Position numbers and translations under genes: made by a program | Shown: positions 1-9,357 of the stretch, piece by piece | Layout of the letters: every line of letters starts with the position of its first letter | How positions within the stretch are numbered: the first letter of the stretch is position 1 | Assembly (NCBI GenBank): GCA_035651675.1 | Contig: DASRFH010000019.1 | Span: 18,288-82,287 of the forward strand | DNA length: 64,000 bases | Source: Chloroflexota bacterium | GTDB taxonomy: Bacteria; Chloroflexota; UBA6077; FW602-bin22 | Direction: 5' to 3' | Notes under the pieces: model-generated | What the model saw: the letters and a program-made list of their open reading frames with translations, nothing else | Database searches by the model: none | What the model was told of the DNA's origin: nothing

Positions 1-483
1 GAAGACGTTGGGGTCGAAGTTGTCGCGCTTGTAGAGAGGCTCGAGGTCGAGGAGCACGCGCCGCACGGCCACGCGCTTGTAGTCGCGCGTTGCCGGGAGG
101 TTGAGCACCTCGCCGGGGTCGTTCGCCGCGAACATCGCCAGGATCTTCTGGGTCGACTCGTCGGTCGAGGGAGTGGTGATGTGCTCGAGGACGATGTTCG
201 GGTACTTCTCCTGGAAGGCCTTGGTCATCGGGTCGAGCCACTTCTTGATGGCATCCTGGCTGTTCGACATCACGAAGCGGATCTTCGTCTGGCCGGCCGC
301 GGCCGGTACGCTGGTCGCCGCCGCCGGGGCACTCGACCCGCCCGCCGTGGCTGGCTTCGTCGCGGCCGGAGCCCCCGCGGGTGCCCCCTGCGTGGCCGCC
401 GGTGCGGCCTGGCCGCACGCCGCCAGGACCGTGGCCGCTCCGAGACCGATCAACATCCGCCGCCGCGAATAGACGCACGCCAT
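1..483 (-). CDS. ABC transporter substrate-binding lipoprotein, N-terminal part (gene runs off the left edge)
   Basis: My own minus-strand translation from ATG 483..481 gives MACVYSRRRMLIGLGAATVLAACGQAAPAATQ...KIRFVMSNSQDAIKKWLDPMTKAFQEKYPNIVLEHITTPSTDESTQKILAMFAANDPGEV. It has a twin-Arg-like SRRRML, a lipobox LAAC, then a pattern typical of extracellular solute-binding proteins. The ORF is absent from the track because it is open at position 1. Confidence 0.55.
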   Translation of the reverse strand, partial: MACVYSRRRMLIGLGAATVLAACGQAAPAATQGAPAGAPAATKPATAGGSSAPAAATSVPAAAGQTKIRFVMSNSQDAIKKWLDPMTKAFQEKYPNIVLEHITTPSTDESTQKILAMFAANDPGEVLNLPATRDYKRVAVRRVLLDLEPLYKRDNFDPNVF

Positions 484-541
484 CGCTGCCTCCCGTTTTC
501 CTCGTCGCCCGGTATCATCCGCGTGCCGTGGCCGGCTGTCA

Positions 542-1702
542 ATGCGCGTAGAGGACGTCCGCGCCCACCCGATCCGGAACACCGACCGCGACCGCGTGCC
601 CGCCGCGGCGTCTCCCGGAGCGCCACGCCGCGCGCCGCCGGAGCCGGTCGCGCTCGTGGTCGTGGAGGTCGAAACGGACGACGAGCTCGTGGGCATCGGG
701 ACGGTCGGCGGCTTCTGCGCCGCGGCGGTGCCGATCATCCGCGGCCACTTCCGGGAGCTGCTGCTGCGCGAAGACCCGCGCGACGTCGAGCGGCTGTGGG
801 AGAAGCTGTACCGCGCCAGCCTGCGCTACGGCGGCCGGGGCGCCGCCATCCAGGCGCTCTCCGGCGTGGACATCGCGCTGTGGGACTTGCTGGGCAAAGC
901 GCTCGGACAGCCGGTCTACCGGCTCCTTGGCGGACGCACGAAGCCGCGCGTCCCCGTCTACTCCAGCCACCTGCGCGACGTCCTGGCGCCCGACGAGCTC
1001 GCGCGGCAGGCCAGGTCCGACGTCGAGGCCGGATTCCGCGCCGTCAAGCTCTTCTTGACCCACGGGCCGGAGGAGGGTCCTGCCGGCCTGCGCGCCTGCG
1101 TCGAGGCGACCCGGACCGTGCGCGACGCCATCGGTCCGGACGTCGAGCTGATGGTCGACGCCCACCTGCACTGGGACGTACCGTTCACGCTCGCCTACGG
1201 CCGTGCGACCGCCGAGCTCGGCCTGCGCTGGATCGAGGAGCCGATTCCGTTCGACGACCGCGAGGGCTACGCCCGTCTTTCGCGCGCGCTCGACGCACCG
1301 ATCGCGGCGGGCGAGCACGAGCAGACGCGCTTCCCCTTCGCCGAGCTGATCCGCGACGGCTGTCTGGGGGTGCTCCAGCCCGACGTCAACCGAGTCGGCG
1401 GGATCACCGAGTCCCGGCGGATCGTCGCGCTCGCGGCAGCGCACTCGCTGCCGGTCTGCTTCCACCAGGGCTGGCTGCACTCGTACCACCAGATCGCCGC
1501 CTTCCCGAGCTGCCCGATCGGCGAGTACTTCCCGCCGCCGGACCCGGCGGCCCCAGCCGGGAACCGCCTGAACTGGCTCGTGCTGCGCGGCGAGCCGCTC
1601 GCGGTGCAGGGCGCGGTCGACCTGCCGGAGGCGCCCGGCTTTGGCTGGGAGATCGACCGCGAGCAGCTCAGCTTGCTGGCCTCGCCGGCGGGCGGGTGGT
1701 AA
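542..1702 (+). CDS. Enolase-superfamily enzyme (mandelate racemase/muconate lactonizing enzyme family, sugar-acid dehydratase-like)
   Basis: 386-aa ORF. The N-terminal capping-domain pattern VVVEVETDDELVGIGT, followed by ALSGVDIALWDLLGK, FRAVKL, LRWIEEP and AAGEHE, is typical of the MR/MLE barrel with its metal-binding acidic residues. Confidence 0.8.
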   Translation: MRVEDVRAHPIRNTDRDRVPAAASPGAPRRAPPEPVALVVVEVETDDELVGIGTVGGFCAAAVPIIRGHFRELLLREDPRDVERLWEKLYRASLRYGGRGAAIQALSGVDIALWDLLGKALGQPVYRLLGGRTKPRVPVYSSHLRDVLAPDELARQARSDVEAGFRAVKLFLTHGPEEGPAGLRACVEATRTVRDAIGPDVELMVDAHLHWDVPFTLAYGRATAELGLRWIEEPIPFDDREGYARLSRALDAPIAAGEHEQTRFPFAELIRDGCLGVLQPDVNRVGGITESRRIVALAAAHSLPVCFHQGWLHSYHQIAAFPSCPIGEYFPPPDPAAPAGNRLNWLVLRGEPLAVQGAVDLPEAPGFGWEIDREQLSLLASPAGGW

Positions 1703-1748
1703 CCTCTTCGCATTCCCCAGCGCCGCGGCGCGGACAGTGGAGGCCACC

Positions 1749-1988
1749 ATGGGACGGATCATCGTCGCAAACCGGCATGGCGACCAGGTCCTCGAGTGGG
1801 ACCCGGCGGCCACGGATACGGAGGAGGCGCGCGCGCAGATCGCCGCGGCTGAGCAGATCCTGAGGGAAGCGCGCGAGCGCGGCTGCGCGGTGTCGAAGAA
1901 GGTCGACGGCCGCCACGTGATCGACAACTCGCCGTTCGATCCCCAAGCCGAGGAGTACCAGATCATCGCGCCGATCGCGGGCGGCTAG
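1749..1988 (+). CDS. Small hypothetical protein, ThiS/MoaD-like beta-grasp candidate with C-terminal Gly-Gly
   Basis: An internal ATG at 1749 is preceded by GGAGG (about 1738-1742). The 79-aa product is MGRIIVANRHGDQVLEWD...EEYQIIAPIAGG-stop. The predicted strand-strand-helix-strand-strand layout and the hydrophobic-P-x-x-GG terminus resemble sulfur-carrier and ubiquitin-like proteins. Confidence 0.5.
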   Translation: MGRIIVANRHGDQVLEWDPAATDTEEARAQIAAAEQILREARERGCAVSKKVDGRHVIDNSPFDPQAEEYQIIAPIAGG

Positions 1989-2000
1989 CCCGCCTGGCGC

Positions 2001-2525
2001 GTGCTCGCGCGGCTGCGCTCGGCCGGGCTGCGGCTCGGCAGCGCCTTCTGGTCGTTCTTCGGCTTCCCCGCTGACCAGACGGACGAGCGCTGGAACGAGG
2101 GCATCGAGCGGCCATGGATGGTGTCATGGCACGCGGTGCCCAAGCGCTCCGCCGGGACGGGGTTTTCGCCGTCCGATTACGCCCGCGCCCGGGAGCGGGG
2201 CGAGCGCGTCGCGCAGCTCACGCTCGGCGACGAGGTGTGGAACCAGCTTCGCCGCCGCGGCTACGTGGAGGTGCCCTCCCGGCTGTTCGAGGGTCTGACC
2301 TACCGGCTGCGCATCGGCCGCCGGGTCCAGCTCATCTGGGACACGCCCGCCCACGCGCTCCGCTCGCCCTGGCCGTTCGAGTGGCTATGCGTGAACCCGA
2401 CCTACCCCTTGCCGGCCGCCGAGTTCACCGCGCAGCTCTACCTATACCTGCGCGACCGCGAAGAGGACGTCGTGCGCATCGCCGCGCCGCAGCCGTTCGA
2501 CCAGGCACTAGGACGCTGCTTCTAG
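2001..2525 (+). CDS. Hypothetical protein (Trp-rich, no family recognised)
   Basis: 174-aa ORF starting at GTG 12 nt after the stop of the previous small gene. Composition is coding-like rather than the Arg/Pro shadow type. The start codon is uncertain; an alternative ATG lies at 2118. Confidence 0.45.
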   Translation: MLARLRSAGLRLGSAFWSFFGFPADQTDERWNEGIERPWMVSWHAVPKRSAGTGFSPSDYARARERGERVAQLTLGDEVWNQLRRRGYVEVPSRLFEGLTYRLRIGRRVQLIWDTPAHALRSPWPFEWLCVNPTYPLPAAEFTAQLYLYLRDREEDVVRIAAPQPFDQALGRCF

Positions 2526-2606
2526 GAGATCTCAACCGGACCACACCCCGGGGAGGCGTGCGTCGTCAATTGCCCGGCGCCAACCCTTTCTGCAAGAGTT
2601 GGCGCC

Positions 2607-3410
2607 GTGCCTCACAAGAACAAGGCTGGCCTGAACGGGCACAACGGCCAGACCGAGGACGAACGGCTCCTAACCTCTCCCGCCAAGCTCGTCCCGGCGC
2701 CCATCGACTTCACCCGCACCGATCCCTGGCGCGTCATGCGCATGACCGGCGAGTTCGTGGAGGGGTTCGACCGGCTCGCCCACCTCGGCCCCGCCGCGGC
2801 CGTGTTCGGCTCGGCGCGCATCAAGCCCGACCATCCGGACTACGAGCTGGCCAGGCGGGTCGGCCGCCTGCTGGCCGAAAACGGCTTCGCGACGATCACC
2901 GGCGGCGGGCCCGGCATCATGGAGGCGGCCAACCGCGGCGCGCGCGAGGGTGGTGGGCTCTCGGTCGGCTGCGGCATCCAGCTCCCGCGCGAACAGGGCC
3001 TGAACCCGTACGTCGACCTCGCGATCGTCTTCCGCTACTTCTTCGTGCGGAAGACGATGTTCGTTAAGTACGCCGAGGGCTTCGTCATCTTCCCCGGCGG
3101 CTTCGGGACGCTCGACGAGCTGTTCGAGGCCCTGGTCCTGATCCAGACCGGCAAGCTGCGGAACTTCCCGGTCGTGTTGTTCGGGCGCCGCTACTGGAGG
3201 GGGCTGCTCCGGTGGCTGCGCGACTTCGCGCTGGGCGAGGGGAAGATCTCGCCGCCCGACCTCCAGCGGCTGCTTGTGACCGACTCGCCCGAGGAAGCCG
3301 TGCAGGCGATCGTGGACTGCTACAACGACGAGTGCTGGCGCAACGAGGACCGTAGCGCGCTGAACGTCTTCGACGAGCTAGCCGACGAGCCGCGACCGAG
3401 GAGCGGATAG
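2607..3410 (+). CDS. LOG family / TIGR00730 protein (cytokinin riboside 5'-monophosphate phosphoribohydrolase-like, long type)
   Basis: Contains the LOG-family hallmarks: VFGSARI, TGGGPGIMEAANRGA and PGGFGTLDELFE. Confidence 0.85.
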   Translation: MPHKNKAGLNGHNGQTEDERLLTSPAKLVPAPIDFTRTDPWRVMRMTGEFVEGFDRLAHLGPAAAVFGSARIKPDHPDYELARRVGRLLAENGFATITGGGPGIMEAANRGAREGGGLSVGCGIQLPREQGLNPYVDLAIVFRYFFVRKTMFVKYAEGFVIFPGGFGTLDELFEALVLIQTGKLRNFPVVLFGRRYWRGLLRWLRDFALGEGKISPPDLQRLLVTDSPEEAVQAIVDCYNDECWRNEDRSALNVFDELADEPRPRSG

Positions 3411-3497
3411 CCGCTCCTGTCCAGCAGCGACGCCGAACGATCCCCGCCACCGGCCGTTGTTGCGAGCGGTCGAGGTCCCTCACTGCGCACGGGCGAC

Positions 3498-5588
3498 GTG
3501 ACATCGGCGGATGGCGTGACTATGCTGCCGCGCGTGCCGCTCCGCCTGACGCTCGCGCTGGTGGTGGCGACGCGACTGTTGGTGCTGTTGCTGTTGCGCC
3601 CGGGCGGCGGCCTGATCGATTCCTACGGCGACTTCGGGTTCTACCGCGACCTCGCCGAGCTGACCCTCGAGCGGCGCCCATTCGTCGACTTCTGGGTCGA
3701 GTACCCGCCGCTCTTTCCCTGGCTCCTGGCCGGTCTGTACCGGCTGGCGCTCCACCTGCCCGGCTGGCCATCGGCGACCGCGCCGCTCCAGGTGACGCTC
3801 GGCAGCTTCCTTCTGCTCTGCGACCTCGCCAACATCCTGCTGGTCCGGCGGATCGCGGCGCGCCTACACGGTTCCGAGCTCGGCGACGCGGCGGCCGCGC
3901 TCTACGCGCTGCAGCCGTTCGTGCTGCTGGCCGGTTTCGGCTGGTTCGACGCGTTCCCGCTCGTGTTCTTGCTGCTCGCGCTCGACGCGGCACTGGCCGG
4001 CCGGGCGTGGCTGGCCGGGCTCGCGCTCGGCCTGGGCGGGCTGGCCAAGCTCATCCCCGTCGTCGTCGCGCCGGCCGTGGTCCGCGCGCTCGGCTCGTGG
4101 CGGCGGGCCGCGGTCGCGGGTGCGGTGGGGGCAGCGGTCGCGGCCGCGGCGTTCGTGCCGCTCCTCGCGACGGGCAGCCCGTACGTCTGGGCGAGCCTGC
4201 GCGCGACGCTCGTCAACCGGTCGTCGTGGGAGACGGTGTGGGCGCTGATGGAGGGCTACTGGCGGGTTGGCACCGTGGCGCCGGTCCGCGAGCGGACGTT
4301 CGTCGACGCGGCCGACCGGCTGTTGCACCCCGCGACGCTGCCGTGGACGGCGATCGGGCTCGTACAAGCGCTGCTGCTCGCCTGGCTACTGTTCGCACCC
4401 GCGACGGCGCAGCGGCCGCGCGCGGTCGTCGCGCTCGGCGCGCTCGGCCTCTACGTCTTCCTACTGTTCGGCAAGGGCTACTCGCCCCAGTTCCTCGTCT
4501 ACGAGCTGCCCCTGCTGCTCGCGCTGTGGCCGAGCCGTCGGGGCCTCCTTTACACGCTCGGCCTGACCGCGCTCGGCGTCCTGGAGTGGCCGGTCGTGCT
4601 GTCGCTGTTCCCGGATCGCCACGACATGATCGCGCTGGTTGTGGGCGCGAGAACCGCCCTCTGGCTCGTGATCGTCGCCGAGCTTGCCGCCGAGGTCTGG
4701 CCCGCCTTCGCCCAGCTCTGGCGGCGGTTCGCTACACCGGCCGGTTGGCTTGCCAGCGCGGGCGTCGCGGCGACGGTGCTGGCGATCGGCTACCTGGGCG
4801 CCCTCCACCTTCCGGAGCGGGGGGAGCAAGCACCGGTGCTTGCCTACCTGCGCGGCTTCGCGGAGACGAGCCCCGTCTTCGCCTCTTCGCGGACCGCCTT
4901 CTACCGCTTCGCGCCCACGGTCGGCGCCGATCGCGCGGTGCTCGCCGCCGACGCCGTCGATCCGACCGCGGACGCGCGGATCGAGCGGCTCCGATCGATC
5001 GCCGCGGCCGCGCCGGACGGGTACTGGGTCGTCCTCGACCACTCGGAGGGCGATCCCGCCTGGCGGGATCGGCTCGAGCGGGAGCTCGCGGTCGCGGGAT
5101 CGCGCACGACCGACCGTTGGTTCGGCTACTACCATCTGCTCGGCTTCATCCGGCCCGACCCGTCACGCGCCGGGCTGCGCCCGCTCGACGCGGATTTCGG
5201 CGACCAGCTCGACCTGACCGGGTACAGCATCTCGGCCGACCAACTCGACAGCCAGGCACCGCTGCGCGTGCTGTTGGCGTGGCGCGTGCTGGCCAGGCCG
5301 GCGCGCGACTACAAGCTGTTCGTCCACCTGCTCGACGACGCCGACGAGCGCATCGTCGCCCAGGCCGACCACCCGCTCGATGTCGGTGGCAGGACGACGA
5401 GCGCGTGGTCGCCCGGCGAGCGGGCGCTCACCGGCGCCGACCTGCTCGCGCCGGCCACGGGTCTGCCAAGGGCTGGTCGGCTGCGCGTCGGCCTCTACGA
5501 CGGCGCAACCGGCGCCCGGCTCGCCGTCGCCGCCGGTCGTGATTACGTCGATCTACCTACGAGGCTGCCCGCGGCAGTGTCCGACTGA
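3498..5588 (+). CDS. Polytopic membrane glycosyltransferase-like protein (ArnT/PMT, GT-C fold-like) with a C-terminal soluble domain
   Basis: 696 aa. The first ~430 aa form about 10 or more hydrophobic segments with short loops, as in GT39/GT83-type enzymes. The C-terminal ~200 aa are soluble. The family assignment is approximate. Confidence 0.55.
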   Translation: MTSADGVTMLPRVPLRLTLALVVATRLLVLLLLRPGGGLIDSYGDFGFYRDLAELTLERRPFVDFWVEYPPLFPWLLAGLYRLALHLPGWPSATAPLQVTLGSFLLLCDLANILLVRRIAARLHGSELGDAAAALYALQPFVLLAGFGWFDAFPLVFLLLALDAALAGRAWLAGLALGLGGLAKLIPVVVAPAVVRALGSWRRAAVAGAVGAAVAAAAFVPLLATGSPYVWASLRATLVNRSSWETVWALMEGYWRVGTVAPVRERTFVDAADRLLHPATLPWTAIGLVQALLLAWLLFAPATAQRPRAVVALGALGLYVFLLFGKGYSPQFLVYELPLLLALWPSRRGLLYTLGLTALGVLEWPVVLSLFPDRHDMIALVVGARTALWLVIVAELAAEVWPAFAQLWRRFATPAGWLASAGVAATVLAIGYLGALHLPERGEQAPVLAYLRGFAETSPVFASSRTAFYRFAPTVGADRAVLAADAVDPTADARIERLRSIAAAAPDGYWVVLDHSEGDPAWRDRLERELAVAGSRTTDRWFGYYHLLGFIRPDPSRAGLRPLDADFGDQLDLTGYSISADQLDSQAPLRVLLAWRVLARPARDYKLFVHLLDDADERIVAQADHPLDVGGRTTSAWSPGERALTGADLLAPATGLPRAGRLRVGLYDGATGARLAVAAGRDYVDLPTRLPAAVSD

Positions 5589-6708
5589 GCGCCGCGGCCC
5601 CCAACGCCACCACCGCGAGCCCGCTGTACGCCGCGACGAAGCCGAACGCGTCGATCGCCTGGCCCGAGACGAGCGGCGAGAAGGCCGAGATGAGCGTTCC
5701 GAGACCCCAGACGACGCCAACCGCTACGCCCGTCCGCTGGCCGGCGGCGAGCTCGCTCGCGTAGACCATTGCGACCGGCGGCATGAGCGAGCTGCAGAAG
5801 CCGACGAGCAGCGAAAAGAGGATCATGAGCGGCAGCGCCTGACTCGTGAGGAACAGGGCGAGGAACACGCTGACCCCGACGAGCGAAAGGGTGACGACAC
5901 CGCGGCGGCCGAGGCGGTCGGAAAGCGCCCCACCGGACGGCTGGGCGAGCAAGCCGGCCAACGACATCAGCGCGGTGAGCAGCCCCGACTGCGCGAGGGA
6001 GTACCCCTGGGCCGCGTAGTAGGAGGGGAGCCAGACCTGGAAGCCAGTCTGGGCGCTCAGGGACAACCCGTTGATCACCGTCAGCAGGACAAGCGGCCTG
6101 GTCACGCCAGCCAGCAGCCCGCGGCCACCCTGGATCGCCGGCTCGCGCAGCGTGGCCAGCACGATCGCGGCGGCGAGCAATCCCGGAACCGCGAGCAGAC
6201 GAACGGCCACGTGCCACCCGACCGCGTCGATCAGGACGCCGACGACGAGAGGCGCCAGGAAGAAGCCGAGGCCGTTGCCGAGGCCGTGGATGCCCTGTGC
6301 GAAACCGCGCCGTTCTCGGAAGTAGTACACAAGGTAAGTCGCGCTCTGGGGGTGGTAGGCCGACGCGGCCAGCCCGAGCAGCGCGGCGGCGAGCAGCAGC
6401 GCGGAGTAGGAGCCGGCGGTGCTCAGCCACGCCGCGGCGACCGCGTACCCCACGAATCCAGCCACCAGCAGCCGCCGACGAAGGAAGTGCCGATCCGCCC
6501 AGTAACCAAGGGTTGGCTGGAGCAGCGCCGAGACGCCCGTGCTAACGAACGGGATGACCCCTGCCTGGCCGTAAGATAACTGAAACGCTGCCCTAAGAGC
6601 AGGAAGAAGGGGGGCCAGCAGTAGCCCGTAGAAGTCGTTGATCGTGTGCAGCGCGGTCAGGCTGGCGAGGACGCGCGCGCGCCCTCCGTTGCTGGTCGGT
6701 TCGGCCAT
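5557..6708 (-). CDS. MFS transporter
   Basis: 383 aa with about 12 hydrophobic helices. The loop motifs GYWADRHFLRRRLL and ALSDRLGRRGV match the MFS D-R-x-G-R-R signature between TM2/3 and TM8/9. Confidence 0.8.
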   Translation of the reverse strand: MAEPTSNGGRARVLASLTALHTINDFYGLLLAPLLPALRAAFQLSYGQAGVIPFVSTGVSALLQPTLGYWADRHFLRRRLLVAGFVGYAVAAAWLSTAGSYSALLLAAALLGLAASAYHPQSATYLVYYFRERRGFAQGIHGLGNGLGFFLAPLVVGVLIDAVGWHVAVRLLAVPGLLAAAIVLATLREPAIQGGRGLLAGVTRPLVLLTVINGLSLSAQTGFQVWLPSYYAAQGYSLAQSGLLTALMSLAGLLAQPSGGALSDRLGRRGVVTLSLVGVSVFLALFLTSQALPLMILFSLLVGFCSSLMPPVAMVYASELAAGQRTGVAVGVVWGLGTLISAFSPLVSGQAIDAFGFVAAYSGLAVVALGAAALSRTLPRAAS

Positions 6709-6825
6709 CGGCGCGGCATTCTAGAGGGGCGCCCCCCGCCGGGGCGTCGAGCGGAGGCTCGCTTGTTGAGCAGAGGGGCGTCTGATACTCTTGCCACTGG
6801 CGCAACGACTTCCTAATGCCGGGCG

Positions 6826-7932
6826 GTGCCGATGGCGCGCGTAATCTTCGACCGCGTCGCGAAGTACTTCGGTGACATCGTCGCGCTCCGCGAGCTCGAC
6901 CTCGAGGTGCACGACAGGGAGTTCCTGGTCCTGGTGGGCCCCTCCGGCTCCGGCAAGTCCACCGCCTTGCGCCTGGTCGCCGGCCTCGAGGAGGCGACCT
7001 CGGGGCGCATCTTTATCGGCGACCGGCTGGTGAACGAAGTGGCGCCGAAGGACCGCGACGTGGCGATGGTGTTCCAGAGCTATGCGCTGTACCCGCACAT
7101 GAACGTGTACGACAACCTTGCGCACCCATTGCAGTTGCGCCGGGTGCCGCGCGCCGAGATCGACCAGCGCGTCCGCCGAGCCGCCGACATGCTCGGCATC
7201 GAAGACCTGCTTGCCCGCAAGCCGAAGGAGCTGTCGGGTGGCCAGCGGCAGCGGGTCGCGCTCGGGCGCGCGATCGTGCGCGACCCCGAGGTCTTCCTGA
7301 TGGACGAGCCGCTATCCAACCTGGACGCGAAGCTGCGGGTGCGCACGCGCGCCGAGCTGATCCGCCTCCACGAGCGGCTGCGCGCCACGATCATCTACGT
7401 CACGCACGACCAGCAGGAGGCCATGACGCTCGGCGATCGCATCGCCGTGCTCAACCAGGGCACGCTCCAACAGCTCGGCGCGCCGCAGATGGTCTACGAC
7501 CACCCAGCCAACCTGTTCGTCGCCGGGTTCATCGGGTCGCCCTCGATGAACTTCTTCGACGCCAACCTGGTCGCCCGTGACGAGGCGCTCTACATCGAGG
7601 GTCCAGGCTTCGAGGTGCTGGTGCCGCCCGAGCGGGCGCGCAACCTCGACCGCCACGCGGGGCGTGACGTGATCCTAGGCATCCGCCCAGAGCACATGTA
7701 CGAGCAGAACGAGGTCGAGTCGGCGCCGCCCGGCTCGACGCTCCAGGCTGTCGTCGACGTCGTCGAGCCGATGGGCAACGAGATCTTCGTCTACCTGTCC
7801 ACCGCGGGCCAGATGTTCACCGCGCGCCTGAACGCCGACACCGACCTGCGGCGCGGCCAGAAGGTCAACATGGTGATCGACACCTACAAGATGCACTTGT
7901 TCGACCGACAGACCGAGCGCGCCTTGCTGTGA
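6826..7932 (+). CDS. ABC transporter ATP-binding protein, MalK/UgpC/MsmX type (no adjacent permease)
   Basis: Walker A GPSGSGKST, Q-loop, signature LSGGQRQRVALGRA, Walker B VFLMDEPLSNLD, and a C-terminal MalK-type regulatory/TOBE-like domain. Confidence 0.9.
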   Translation: MPMARVIFDRVAKYFGDIVALRELDLEVHDREFLVLVGPSGSGKSTALRLVAGLEEATSGRIFIGDRLVNEVAPKDRDVAMVFQSYALYPHMNVYDNLAHPLQLRRVPRAEIDQRVRRAADMLGIEDLLARKPKELSGGQRQRVALGRAIVRDPEVFLMDEPLSNLDAKLRVRTRAELIRLHERLRATIIYVTHDQQEAMTLGDRIAVLNQGTLQQLGAPQMVYDHPANLFVAGFIGSPSMNFFDANLVARDEALYIEGPGFEVLVPPERARNLDRHAGRDVILGIRPEHMYEQNEVESAPPGSTLQAVVDVVEPMGNEIFVYLSTAGQMFTARLNADTDLRRGQKVNMVIDTYKMHLFDRQTERALL

Positions 7933-7997
7933 GGCTCCTTCCGGCGGTCAGGACCGTGCTGAAGGCGTCTTATCTGGCCTTCGTCTTCCTGCTCGCT

Positions 7998-9356
7998 CTA
8001 ACCGGCTAGGTCGAGCAGCAGGTCGTGCATCACCCGCACGCCGAACTGGATCGACTTCACCGAGATCCGCTCGTCGTGCCCGTGGCAGAGCGCCATGTAG
8101 TCCGCGCCCGGCTCGTAGAGCATCGGTAGGAAGCCGTATACCTTCCCGCCGACCGTTCCCAGCCGTTTCGCGTCGGTGCCACCGGTCATCATGTACGGCA
8201 CGACTGTCGCGTCCGGCTCGTGCCGCTTCAGCGCCGCGGTCGCCGCCCGGGCGAACCGCTCGTCGAGCTCGCTCTCCGTTCCAGGCGTGAAGTCGGGGGC
8301 GACGACCTCGACCTCCCCGCCGACCACGCGCTGCAGCTCGCCGACGAAGCTCTCCTTCGTCTGGCCCGGAAGCGGACGGCCGCTCGTCCGCGCGCGCGCC
8401 TCGGAGGGGATGACGTTCCGTTTGGTGCCGGCCTCGAGCATCGTGAGCGCCGCGGTGTTGCGGAGCATCGCGTCGATCATCAGCCGCAGCCCGTCGTCGC
8501 ACGGCAGCCGGCGCAGGGCGTCGTCGCTCGTCTTCGGCTCCAGCACGGAGCGGAGCAGCGCGGCGACGTCCGCCGCGCCATGCGCGGCCTGGTCGGCCGC
8601 CATGCCCTCGACGAAGGCGCGAACGCTCGGGCCGACGTGCATCGGCATCTTCCGTTCGGCGAGGCGCACCATCGCGCGGGCCAGCTTGTGGATCGCGTTG
8701 TCGTCGTGCGGCACGGAGGCGTGGCCGGGCGCGCCGCGTGCCAGCAGGTCGGCCGAGCAGCCGCCCTTCTCGGCGGTCTGGATGACGTAGTAGCGGCGCC
8801 CGTTGAGCATGACTCCGAAGCCGCCCCCCTCGTTGATCGTGTACTCGGCCTCGATCAGCTCCGGGTGGTGCGTCGCGAGGTAGGCCGCGCCGTTCGCCGG
8901 GCCGCCCATCTCCTCCGACGCCGTCGCCGCGAGGACGATGTCTCGGGCCGGCCGCTGGCCCGATCGGGCGATCGCCAGCATCGCGGCAAGCTGCACCGTC
9001 GTGGTTAGCTTCGAGTCGACGGAGCCGCGCCCCCAAACACAGCCGTCCGCGAGCTCCGCCGCGAACGGCGGATGGGTCCACTTGCCTGACTCCGCCGGGA
9101 CGACGTCGAGGTGGGAGAGGAGCAGGATCGGCTTGCCCTCGCCACGCCCGCGCAGGCGCAGCACCGCGTTGCCACGGCCCGGCGCAGAATCGATCACCTG
9201 CGCCTCGAGGCCAGCCGCGCGCCCGACCTCGGCGACGTAGTCGGCGGCGGGCCGCTCAGCGCCGGGTGGGTTCGTCGTGTCGAAACGGATGAGCCGCTGA
9301 AGGTGGCCGACGGCTTCGTCTTCGATCGTCGCGAGCTGGCTGGGCGCGAGCGCCAC
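7998..9356 (-). CDS. M20 family metallopeptidase (ArgE/DapE/CPG2-like)
   Basis: 452 aa. LLSHLDVVP, GRGSVDSKL, ASEEMGG and a dimerisation-domain insert are typical of M20 peptidases and deacylases. Confidence 0.8.
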   Translation of the reverse strand: MALAPSQLATIEDEAVGHLQRLIRFDTTNPPGAERPAADYVAEVGRAAGLEAQVIDSAPGRGNAVLRLRGRGEGKPILLLSHLDVVPAESGKWTHPPFAAELADGCVWGRGSVDSKLTTTVQLAAMLAIARSGQRPARDIVLAATASEEMGGPANGAAYLATHHPELIEAEYTINEGGGFGVMLNGRRYYVIQTAEKGGCSADLLARGAPGHASVPHDDNAIHKLARAMVRLAERKMPMHVGPSVRAFVEGMAADQAAHGAADVAALLRSVLEPKTSDDALRRLPCDDGLRLMIDAMLRNTAALTMLEAGTKRNVIPSEARARTSGRPLPGQTKESFVGELQRVVGGEVEVVAPDFTPGTESELDERFARAATAALKRHEPDATVVPYMMTGGTDAKRLGTVGGKVYGFLPMLYEPGADYMALCHGHDERISVKSIQFGVRVMHDLLLDLAG

Positions 9357-9357
9357 G

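Noticed and set aside
181-1863. 560-aa plus-strand ORF and the 475-aa minus-strand ORF (539-1966), both overlapping the enolase-superfamily gene
   Set aside because: The translations are extremely Arg/Pro/Gly/Ala-rich, low-complexity and free of recognisable motifs. The 542-1702 frame, by contrast, carries clear MR/MLE motifs. These are typical off-frame or antisense shadow ORFs in ~70% GC DNA.
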